Assembly (NCBI GenBank): GCA_947472115.1 | Contig: CANIZU010000003.1 | Coordinates: forward strand, 1-34,912 | Direction of reading: 5' to 3' | Length of the DNA stretch: 34,912 nucleotides | Origin: Flavobacteriales bacterium | GTDB taxonomy: Bacteria; Bacteroidota; Bacteroidia; NS11-12g; UBA955 | Shown: positions 18,886-27,110 of the stretch, one piece after another | How positions within the stretch are numbered: the stretch's first letter is position 1 | How the letters are laid out: each line of letters starts with the position of its first letter | Notes under the pieces: model-generated | What the model saw: only the letters and a program-made list of their open reading frames with translations | Told to the model about the DNA's origin: nothing | Databases searched by the model: none | Translations under genes and position numbers: made by a program

Positions 18886-19886
18886 TGAATTGATTTAACA
18901 CCGTCTTTGGCGAGTTCCAAAGCGGGGTTTATTGAAAGAGCGGTTTTGTACGAAAGCAAAGCCGCTTTTTTGTTGCCCAATTTTTCTTGATTGTATCCAA
19001 TTAAACAATGTGCATTGGCATTATTCTCATTTAAATCAAGGGTTTTATTGCACCAATCGATGGATTCTTCGTAGTTATCAAAAAGAGACTGAATAACAGC
19101 AATGTTGTAATGCGCTAAGATGTGATTGGGGTTTACTTTGATTGCCCTATCGTAATATTCGATGGCTACAGCGTATTTTTCTTTTTGCTGCATCACCAAT
19201 GCATAAGTATAAAGCGCCTCATCATTAAACTCATTCATTCTAACCGCTTTTGATGCCCATTGCTCTGTCATTGGATCATGGCTTTGATACAAGAACAGTG
19301 TCTTTTGCATCACGGCATTAAAATTCTCCGGATTTTTCAGAAGGGCATTTTCGATAACTTTCTGGGCAGAAGAGGTGTCTTTTTGCTCTTTGAAAGCGAT
19401 CGACATCAAAACATAGGCGTTATCGGAGAAATCTGTTTGGTCTGTTAATGGTTTCAGCAAGTCGATGGATTTATCATATTCCTGCCTTGCCAAATAGTAT
19501 TTAGCCAACAAAAACGACGCTTCCGGATAGTCGGATTTGATTTTTATGGCTTGAATTAAATGCTCTTTGGTTTTGTTTGAGTTTGTAGAATCCATTGAGA
19601 TCAATGATTCTGCACATTTGTAGTGATACAAGGATTGATTTGGATTGATTGAGATTGCTGTTTCAAAATCTAAGACTGCATCATTGTATTTTTTTTCAAA
19701 ATAGAATGTATTAGCACGTTTGTAATACAATTCAGCATCATTTGGATGGCTGTTGATTTTCAACGAAATAGCTCGAATTTCTTCCGAAAAAGTTGTGTCA
19801 GTTTCACTAATGAATCGGCCGGAATTTCGGTTGCTGTTACAAGAAAGAACAGCGATTAGAACGATTGATAAAACAATCTGCTTCAT
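18882..19886 (-). CDS. Tetratricopeptide-repeat lipoprotein (334 aa)
   Basis: Start corrected to ATG 19886 (MKQIVLSIVLIAVLSC, lipobox); multiple TPR repeats such as AELYYKRANTFYFEKKYNDAVLDFETAISINP. The track's N-terminal extension is the tRNA gene. Confidence 0.9.
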   Translation of the reverse strand: MKQIVLSIVLIAVLSCNSNRNSGRFISETDTTFSEEIRAISLKINSHPNDAELYYKRANTFYFEKKYNDAVLDFETAISINPNQSLYHYKCAESLISMDSTNSNKTKEHLIQAIKIKSDYPEASFLLAKYYLARQEYDKSIDLLKPLTDQTDFSDNAYVLMSIAFKEQKDTSSAQKVIENALLKNPENFNAVMQKTLFLYQSHDPMTEQWASKAVRMNEFNDEALYTYALVMQQKEKYAVAIEYYDRAIKVNPNHILAHYNIAVIQSLFDNYEESIDWCNKTLDLNENNANAHCLIGYNQEKLGNKKAALLSYKTALSINPALELAKDGVKSIH

Positions 19887-19889
19887 TTG

Positions 19890-19975
19890 TGCTCGGGACG
19901 GGAATCGAACCCGTACTCTCATTACTGAAAACAGGATTTTAAGTCCTGCGCGTCTACCTATTCCGCCACCCGAGC
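19890..19975 (-). tRNA. tRNA-Leu (anticodon TAA), no encoded CCA
   Basis: GCTCGGG acceptor stem paired with CCCGAGC-A; D-arm TGGCGGAATAGGTAGACGC; anticodon arm CAGGA-CTTAAAA-TCCTG; long variable arm; T-arm ACGGG-TTCGATT-CCCGT. Confidence 0.97.
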
Positions 19976-19982
19976 TGTACTG

Positions 19983-19990
19983 CAAAGATA
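19983..19990 (-). promoter_or_regulatory. -7 promoter element TATCTTTG for the tRNA-Leu/TPR transcript
   Basis: Exact TAnnTTTG(C) match 7 nt upstream of the mature tRNA 5' end. Confidence 0.75.
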
Positions 19991-20005
19991 GAAAATTACC
20001 GACAA

Positions 20006-21232
20006 TTATTTAACAATTTCGTGAATAGAAAAGTTGATGATTTGTAATGCCTCATCAATTTGGTTGGCATTAATCGTTAGAGGAGGTGCGAATCGAATGG
20101 TGTGCGTATGTGTTTGTTTGGCCAGTAATCCATTTGATTTCAAAACGATACATACATCATATGCGGTTTTTCCATTGCCAAACGGATTAATATCGATCGC
20201 ATTTAATAAGCCTTTTCCTCTTACGCTCTTTACGATGGGAGACTTAATTTCTTTGAGTCCTTTTCTGAAACGATCACCCATTTCCGAGGCGTTTCGTGGC
20301 AAAGATTCTTCCACAAGAACTTCCAAAGCGGCTTTAGCGACAGCACAGGCTAGCGGATTTCCACCAAAAGTAGAGCCATGTTGACCTGGGTGCAATACGC
20401 CCATGATCTCATTTGAGGCCAAAACGGCACTTACGGGAAAAACTCCACCGCCTAAGGCCTTACCCAAGATTAAAATATCGGGCTTCACGTTTGCGTGATC
20501 ACAACAAAGCATAGCTCCGGTCCTACCCAATCCTGTTTGTACTTCATCTGCTATCCAAAGCACATTGTATTTGGTACAGAGCATTCTAACTTGTTTTAAG
20601 TAGTCCTCGCTTGGCATAATCACCCCGGCTTCTCCCTGAATGGGTTCTACCATAAATGCGGCGACATTGGTGTCTTGGAATGCGGCTTCTAAAGACATTA
20701 TGTTATTGTATTCTACAATTTCAAATCCTGGAACGAAAGGTCCAAAATCTGAATAGCTATCCGCATCTTGTGATGTTGAAATGGCGGCGATGGTTCTTCC
20801 CCAAAAATTCCCTGATGCAAAAATTACTTTGGCTTGATTTGTTGGAATACCCTTTACCGTATAACCCCACTTTCTCGCCAGCTTAACGGCAGTTTCCCCC
20901 CCTTCTACGCCTGTATTCATTGGTAATACGCGATCATAACCCAAGAGATTTGTAATGTATTGTTCAAAAGGTCCGAGCTGGTCGTTATGAAATGCCCTAC
21001 TTGTAAGAGTTAATTTCTTGCTTTGGACATTTAGGGCTTCGATGATTTTGGGATGACAATGTCCTTGATTGACAGCGGAATAGGCCGACAAGAAATCGAA
21101 GTACCGATTATTATCTACATCCCAAACGAAGATGCCTTCACCTCTATTCAGTACTACTGGTAATGGATGATAATTGTGTGCTCCGTATTTATCCTCAAGG
21201 GCAATGAAATCAGCGCTTTTATGGGTTCCCAT
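20006..21232 (-). CDS. rocD: Ornithine--oxo-acid aminotransferase
   Basis: [52 protein letters not shown] lysine in [17 protein letters not shown]. Confidence 0.96.
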   Translation of the reverse strand: MGTHKSADFIALEDKYGAHNYHPLPVVLNRGEGIFVWDVDNNRYFDFLSAYSAVNQGHCHPKIIEALNVQSKKLTLTSRAFHNDQLGPFEQYITNLLGYDRVLPMNTGVEGGETAVKLARKWGYTVKGIPTNQAKVIFASGNFWGRTIAAISTSQDADSYSDFGPFVPGFEIVEYNNIMSLEAAFQDTNVAAFMVEPIQGEAGVIMPSEDYLKQVRMLCTKYNVLWIADEVQTGLGRTGAMLCCDHANVKPDILILGKALGGGVFPVSAVLASNEIMGVLHPGQHGSTFGGNPLACAVAKAALEVLVEESLPRNASEMGDRFRKGLKEIKSPIVKSVRGKGLLNAIDINPFGNGKTAYDVCIVLKSNGLLAKQTHTHTIRFAPPLTINANQIDEALQIINFSIHEIVK

Positions 21233-21236
21233 ATTA

Positions 21237-21244
21237 CGAAGGTA
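21237..21244 (-). promoter_or_regulatory. Putative -7 element TACCTTCG for rocD
   Basis: One mismatch to consensus, 4 nt upstream of ATG 21232. Confidence 0.55.
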
Positions 21245-21258
21245 GGTAAGAAAAATGA

Positions 21259-21290
21259 TTTGTCTTTGCTATAAAACAATTGTATATTCG
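21259..21290 (+). promoter_or_regulatory. Putative -33/-7 promoter (TTTG, 20 nt, TATATTCG) for the large outer membrane protein gene
   Basis: TTTG at 21259-21262 and TATATTCG at 21283-21290; implies the true start is downstream of TTG 21280. Confidence 0.45.
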
Positions 21291-24200
21291 GATGTTTGTG
21301 AGGTCTAGGGTGTTAACATATAAGCGACAATTAAAGTCTTGTTTGGTCAAGATTTTATTCAGTATGGTGGTTTTTATTTTCTCTCATAGTTCAGGTTATT
21401 CCAAGTCTCATTCGATTGAATTGAGTTATGGTCGAATTCATTTAAACTTTATCTCATATGATTCCTCTGTTTATCGCAATAAACCTTTTGTTGATTCCAT
21501 TTTTAGAATTGCCGAGATAAATTTTCAAGACTTGGAGGTTTTGCTGGGATATAAGTCCGGATTGCAATATACAGCTACCATTTACAGCGACATAAATGAC
21601 TATCATAGTGCCCTAAAGCAAAATTCTGCTTGGCTTGAGAGAATTTCTGGAACAGTCCAATATTCTCAAGAATATAATTATCCGATTTATGTGAATTCAT
21701 CTTTTGAGCAAATAAAATCACAGTTTGTTTATACCCTCTCACATTTTGTTTTCCATGAATTTTTATTGGGTATTAGTGTGCGTCAAAAACTAAGTCAAAC
21801 CGGCTTTCATACAATGCCCAATTGGTTTTTGCAAGGTCTAGGATCCTATTTGGCCGCTGGTTGGAATGCGAATTCCGCAGATGAATATTCATTTTATGAA
21901 AGCAAAGGTGGTTTCAAGTCTCCAAACCAGATTGTTCCAATGGGAGCTCAAGTATACGGTAAGAAGATTTGGCGTGATTTATTCCAAACCTATGGGAAAT
22001 CAGTTGTTTCAACGATGATGTTCGTACTTAAATACACCGGAAATGCTGAATCCGCCATTGAGTATGTAACGGGAAAATCATTTAATATTTGGAATAATGA
22101 GCGAATTATGGGTCAACAACATTCCTTGGAGACATCCACTACAACCGAAATTGATTTGCCTTTGAAGTATCGTACAATCCCAATTAGTAAGATCACAAAG
22201 CACAATGATAACCTAGTAATTCATTGGTTTAGCCCAGGATTGGTTAAAATATCTCTATATAATTCCATATCGCACAAAGTTGTTGATTTGGTGAATTATG
22301 AATACCCTGTATTATTTAATGAGTTAGACTTTCAGCCGTTAAAATTGGTTGGATTCTTGAGCGATCAGAATTGTTTGCCCAATCCAGTCTATGCTGCAAC
22401 TACACTAATCTCTATAGAGTTAATGCTAGACCACAAACGAACATTAGTGTTTATCGATAGTTTGGGAAAAATACTTCAATGTGTGGATTTGGGTCGGGAG
22501 AAAATATATCCCCTAAATTCTTCACTAACGATTGATTACAAGAGTAAACTGTCAGAACATAATCATCAGAAAATGATCAACCTAACCCATAGTTACACTG
22601 CGGTTGGACATCAAATGGGTGAGAATAATATGATTAAAACTCAGTTTTTTTTTGGTGAAGATTTTTCAACTACGTTCCACAAAACTGGTATTACATTAAA
22701 ACAGTTTCTGAATCAAGGATTTGCTCATTTTTATTACGTTCATCGTCCATCGAGTGTGAATGACCCAATTCCATCAAAAGTAGTGAACGTCGAAAAATTG
22801 CCAACGGAACGCCTCGATTTTGCAAATGAGCCGAAAGATTCAATTTATTACGCAATTGACCTTCAAAAAATCGAAAAAGATCGTTGGGTAATGTTGTTTA
22901 ATCAATTGGATGGCGCGGTTACAAAGACACTTCGGGCTGATACTTTGCTGGAAAAACCTATCGTTCGTGGATTAGTTATTGAAGGACAAGGCCAGTTAAG
23001 TTATGTCCAAAGCGAGGGCGAGGTTTGGCGATTGCGATTTTATCATTTCAAGGACAATTCTGATTATCGTTGGCAATCGGAAGTGAAATATAGTTTTTAT
23101 TCTCAATCACGGGTGGATGGAATGGATAACATTATTGAATCGAGCTTTGGCAGCTCGTTAACCTCAGTGCGTACCTTGGACCCTGCTAAGGAATCTTTGC
23201 GTGAATTAGAATTGCTGGCCAAAAACGATGGTATTGGTAATCTTAATAAATTGGCATCGCCATTGAAAAGACTAATGAAATCTGAGGATATTGACACCAC
23301 TATTAGCACTTGGGAATATTTGGTAGCATTTCCCAAAAGGAATTGGCATTCAGCACTCGAAAATGAAAAATTTAATCATTACAGCGGAAAATATGATAGT
23401 TCAGTCGCAAGAAATACTTTTTATTTAAGTCATGGCGGATTATTTTTTGGCAATGGTGATTATTCTCAATTATCGTATTTAAATGAGATTAGCCCCCATT
23501 TGCTTTACAATCAGCCATTTACTCCAGAAATGCGTTTTTATTTAATGGATAAAAATCACAGTTACCGCTTATCGTTTGGCGTCCTATCAAATATCGCCAT
23601 GAATCGATTGGGGCTGCGATTGAATCAATCATTTAATTGGGGACGATATCAAATAGATCAGCAATTGCTTCTGCGCAATCGAACATTTAATATAAATGAG
23701 ATGGCACTGAAGAAAAACGCGACAAATTTTTTCAGTGTATTGATACGAAGAAATTGGGTTTCAAATTTCACACTGTCGTCTGGAGTTCAAGTTACAGAAG
23801 ATTCATATTTTGACAAAGTTGTTAATCCTGGATTTACATCGTTCAAAAATTATAAATTTCAAACGGCGGGAATGGTTTTTGGCCTCGACTGGAATAATCG
23901 TCAGAAATCGGTGAGACGGGAATATTCATGGCACATTTTATTGAGTTCTACCATCAAAATCAACCGGATAAATACTGCCAAAATCATACCAAATAGAGTT
24001 AATGTCGATGGTAATAGTAAGGGTAATTCCTACTTGTATCAGATCACCTTAAATATTAATAAACAATTGGTTAGAGGGTTTTACTTAAACTCTATAATGA
24101 TGGCTAATAAATCTGCGGGGAATGTATTGACCTTATTTTGGGTAGGTGGATCTGAAGGTTGGATTTCTAAAGATATTTGGCAAACGGGTATCTCTTCAGA

Positions 24201-24636
24201 ATATTCAAATAGTAAATATCTCTACCGCGCCAATGGCGGATTTGTTCGAGGTTTTTTCTTGGGTGATCGAATTGGTACAGGATCAATATCAATCCAAAAT
24301 GAAATCCAATGGCAGCCAGTTAAGCAATTTGGAAAAAAAATCATCAAGCAGAATTTTTATGAGTCGCTCAGTTTTTATGGATTTTTAGATATTGGAACGG
24401 CTTTTATAGGTAATTCACCCGCCAATCCCACCAATCCGTTTAATACTGTTTTAATTACTACGCCAAACTATTTGATGTCCGTGACTTCAAAGCGCAATCC
24501 TTATTTGATTGGTACAGGTCTAGGAGTTAGTACAAATGTACTTCGAACGCCAATACGCTATGAATTGGCTTTTGGTTTAAAAGAAGGCAAATTGAATACT
24601 CCAATCCAACAAGTTTGTATGTCGTGGTTTTTTTAA
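21280..24636 (+). CDS. Large outer membrane protein: degenerate peptidase-MA-like N-domain plus probable Omp85-type C-terminal beta-barrel (start uncertain: 21298, 21310, 21343 or 21364)
   Basis: N-terminal YTLSH...MPNWFLQGLGSYLA resembles a gluzincin HExxH...PxWFxEGLAEY; C-terminal VRGF, FLDIGTAF, GTGLGV, IRYELAFG and terminal Phe resemble Omp85 barrel motifs. Confidence 0.65.
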   Translation: MYIRMFVRSRVLTYKRQLKSCLVKILFSMVVFIFSHSSGYSKSHSIELSYGRIHLNFISYDSSVYRNKPFVDSIFRIAEINFQDLEVLLGYKSGLQYTATIYSDINDYHSALKQNSAWLERISGTVQYSQEYNYPIYVNSSFEQIKSQFVYTLSHFVFHEFLLGISVRQKLSQTGFHTMPNWFLQGLGSYLAAGWNANSADEYSFYESKGGFKSPNQIVPMGAQVYGKKIWRDLFQTYGKSVVSTMMFVLKYTGNAESAIEYVTGKSFNIWNNERIMGQQHSLETSTTTEIDLPLKYRTIPISKITKHNDNLVIHWFSPGLVKISLYNSISHKVVDLVNYEYPVLFNELDFQPLKLVGFLSDQNCLPNPVYAATTLISIELMLDHKRTLVFIDSLGKILQCVDLGREKIYPLNSSLTIDYKSKLSEHNHQKMINLTHSYTAVGHQMGENNMIKTQFFFGEDFSTTFHKTGITLKQFLNQGFAHFYYVHRPSSVNDPIPSKVVNVEKLPTERLDFANEPKDSIYYAIDLQKIEKDRWVMLFNQLDGAVTKTLRADTLLEKPIVRGLVIEGQGQLSYVQSEGEVWRLRFYHFKDNSDYRWQSEVKYSFYSQSRVDGMDNIIESSFGSSLTSVRTLDPAKESLRELELLAKNDGIGNLNKLASPLKRLMKSEDIDTTISTWEYLVAFPKRNWHSALENEKFNHYSGKYDSSVARNTFYLSHGGLFFGNGDYSQLSYLNEISPHLLYNQPFTPEMRFYLMDKNHSYRLSFGVLSNIAMNRLGLRLNQSFNWGRYQIDQQLLLRNRTFNINEMALKKNATNFFSVLIRRNWVSNFTLSSGVQVTEDSYFDKVVNPGFTSFKNYKFQTAGMVFGLDWNNRQKSVRREYSWHILLSSTIKINRINTAKIIPNRVNVDGNSKGNSYLYQITLNINKQLVRGFYLNSIMMANKSAGNVLTLFWVGGSEGWISKDIWQTGISSEYSNSKYLYRANGGFVRGFFLGDRIGTGSISIQNEIQWQPVKQFGKKIIKQNFYESLSFYGFLDIGTAFIGNSPANPTNPFNTVLITTPNYLMSVTSKRNPYLIGTGLGVSTNVLRTPIRYELAFGLKEGKLNTPIQQVCMSWFF

Positions 24637-24704
24637 TTAAATACTCGAGAAATGATGTGTGGAAATAGCCAATTTGTGTTTATTTTGCAGATAATATATA
24701 CACC

Positions 24705-25730
24705 ATGAGTTTTTTCAGTTTTCTAACCCAGGAACTTGCCATCGATTTAGGCACAGCGAACACACTTATCATTCATAAAGACAAGGTGGTCGTTGATGAG
24801 CCTAGTATCATCGCAATTGAACGAAATACAGGCAATGTAATTGCCATTGGCAAAGATGCGATGCAGATGTTTGGCAAGGAAAATGAGGGAATTAAGACAA
24901 TTCGACCTTTGAAGGATGGTGTTATTGCTGATTTCCAAGCGGCGGAGCACATGATTCGGGGGATGATTAAGATGATGAATCAGAAACAGCGTTGGATTTC
25001 ACCTCAGCTGAAAATGGTTATCTGTATCCCATCTGGCATCACTGAAGTAGAGAAAAGAGCGGTAAAGGATAGTGCGGAGCGCAGTGGAGCTAAGGAAGTG
25101 TATTTGATTCACGAACCAATGGCAGCGGCAGTTGGAATTGGAATTGATGTAACCCAGCCTCAAGGCAATATGATTGTAGATATCGGTGGTGGTACCACTG
25201 AAATTGCAATTATTGCATTGGGAGGTATTGTTTGCGACGAGAGTATTCGCGTCGCAGGAGACGAATTCAACCTAGATATTTTGGAATACATGCGCAGAGA
25301 GCACAATTTATTGATTGGCGAGCGTACTGCGGAGAAAATTAAAATTCATATTGGTTCGGCGTTACAAGAATTGGATACCCCACCTGAGGATTATGCGGTG
25401 TTTGGTAGAGATTTGATGACAGGCATCCCAAAACAAATTATCGTTAGTTACAGTGAAATTGCCAGAGCACTTGATAAGAGTATCATGAAAGTGGAAGAAG
25501 CCGTTTTGCGTGCATTGGAACAATCACCCCCAGAATTGAGTGCAGATATTTTAACCAATGGTATTTGGTTAACAGGCGGAGGCGCTTTATTAAGAGGGCT
25601 GGATAAGCGCATTGCTGCCAAAACGAAATTAAAGGTTCATATTGCTGAAGACCCACTCCGTGCCGTTGTTCGTGGTACAGGTACTGCCTTAAAGAACATC
25701 GGTCGTTTCAAGTTTTTAATGACCGCCTAA
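24705..25730 (+). CDS. mreB: Rod shape-determining protein MreB
   Basis: AIDLGTANT, IRPLKDGVIADF, EPMAAA, DIGGGTTE, LTGGGALL. Confidence 0.98.
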   Translation: MSFFSFLTQELAIDLGTANTLIIHKDKVVVDEPSIIAIERNTGNVIAIGKDAMQMFGKENEGIKTIRPLKDGVIADFQAAEHMIRGMIKMMNQKQRWISPQLKMVICIPSGITEVEKRAVKDSAERSGAKEVYLIHEPMAAAVGIGIDVTQPQGNMIVDIGGGTTEIAIIALGGIVCDESIRVAGDEFNLDILEYMRREHNLLIGERTAEKIKIHIGSALQELDTPPEDYAVFGRDLMTGIPKQIIVSYSEIARALDKSIMKVEEAVLRALEQSPPELSADILTNGIWLTGGGALLRGLDKRIAAKTKLKVHIAEDPLRAVVRGTGTALKNIGRFKFLMTA

Positions 25731-25742
25731 TTTTAGTCAATC

Positions 25743-26603
25743 ATGTTGGTGATATTCCGTTGGATACGGAATCAAGCATACCCCCTACTCTATGTTTTAC
25801 TGCTGTTAAGTGCGGTGACTCAGATTTTTAGGTATCATTTTTACCAGCATAGTATTTATTTTGGGCATGCTCTGGGCATTCATCGAAGTATGGATGAATG
25901 GCGATCTGGCATCACGAGTTATTTCAAATTGCGGACAACCAACGAGCAGTTATTAGGCGAGAATAGTATGCTTCGGAATCAATTGAATTGGAATCTGACG
26001 AGCAACTCCCCCAAAGGAGCGATTACTTACACTGATACTTTTACCAAAAGCCTAATAAAGTATGAATATATTCATGCCCGTGTTATTCGAAATTCCGTAA
26101 ACGAGCAGAATAATTTCATTATTTTGGATCGTGGGTACAAGGATGGAATCAAAAAGCACATGTCAGTTATTTGCCCAATGGGGATTGTTGGCGTTGTGGT
26201 AGAATCCGCCGCTCATTACTCCTTGGTTATGTCAGTCCTTAATTCGAAATTCGAAATCACCCCTTATTTCTATAATCTCAAAATTAGTCAAGGTGTAATT
26301 TCGTGGAACGGAGAGGATCCCAACTTTGTGGAACTAGAAGAGGTAAATCGATTTGTGAAATTGAAAAATGGTATGAAACTCTATACCAGTAATTATTCTC
26401 TTCTATTTCCTGCTGGAATTCCCATTGGTACCATTGCAAAATCAGAATCGAATTTAAAATCCAACTTTTATAGTATCAAAGTGAAATTGGCTACGGATTT
26501 TAGTCAATTAGACGTAGTTACAGTGGTGAAAAATATTCATCAAAATGAATTGGACGTACTAAATTCAATCATACCGACAGTAGAAGGAGGCGCAAATGAT
26601 TGA
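25743..26603 (+). CDS. mreC: Rod shape-determining protein MreC
   Basis: N-terminal TM segment, coiled coil, ARVI...ILDRGYKDGI...GIVG, FPAGIPIG; position in the operon. Confidence 0.94.
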   Translation: MLVIFRWIRNQAYPLLYVLLLLSAVTQIFRYHFYQHSIYFGHALGIHRSMDEWRSGITSYFKLRTTNEQLLGENSMLRNQLNWNLTSNSPKGAITYTDTFTKSLIKYEYIHARVIRNSVNEQNNFIILDRGYKDGIKKHMSVICPMGIVGVVVESAAHYSLVMSVLNSKFEITPYFYNLKISQGVISWNGEDPNFVELEEVNRFVKLKNGMKLYTSNYSLLFPAGIPIGTIAKSESNLKSNFYSIKVKLATDFSQLDVVTVVKNIHQNELDVLNSIIPTVEGGAND

Positions 26604-27105
26604 GGTAGTGAGATATATTTTGGGCGGGTTGTTTTTTGCCCTCATTCAGACGCTTATTTTCAAGGAGGTAAACATTGCTTGGTGGATTAAGCCGATGCCT
26701 TACGTTTATTTGATGTTAATCCTCCCCCTTTCCACCAATCGATTTGGGGTGCTGATCGGAGCATTCTTCTTTGGCTTAACCATCGATGCCTTTGGCGGAA
26801 GTTTGGGTATGCATACAGCGGCATGTGTAACAACGGTATTTGTAAAAAACTACATCGATTTATATTTTCTGGATGAAAACTCCATGCAATTACAGGGCAT
26901 GAGATATATGCAAATCGATTATAAAGGGTGGCAGTGGTATGGGATTTACTCCTTTTCCATCCTCTTTATACATCATTTAGTGTTTTTCATATTTGATTAT
27001 TTCAGTTGGTCAGCATTGTTTACAATCCTTTTTGTCTCCGTTTGTAGCGCCATCGCGTCACTGTTTTTTATCCAATTATTCCGTTTGCTCTTAGGGCATA
27101 AATAA
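26596..27105 (+). CDS. mreD: Rod shape-determining protein MreD
   Basis: Hydrophobic 169 aa with FFFGLTIDAF...GMH; lies between mreC and mrdA. Confidence 0.9.
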   Translation: MIEVVRYILGGLFFALIQTLIFKEVNIAWWIKPMPYVYLMLILPLSTNRFGVLIGAFFFGLTIDAFGGSLGMHTAACVTTVFVKNYIDLYFLDENSMQLQGMRYMQIDYKGWQWYGIYSFSILFIHHLVFFIFDYFSWSALFTILFVSVCSAIASLFFIQLFRLLLGHK

Positions 27106-27110
27106 TCATT

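Noticed and set aside
19890-19975. tRNA-Leu as a possible integration site for an island or prophage
   Set aside because: No integrase, no duplicated tRNA 3' end noticed, and the flanking genes look like core genes.
19887-19985. ORF-track N-terminal extension of the TPR protein reading through the tRNA (a possible dual-coding tRNA)
   Set aside because: The TTG start lies inside the -7 promoter element, upstream of the likely TSS, and ATG 19886 gives a proper lipoprotein signal peptide. The open frame is most likely chance.
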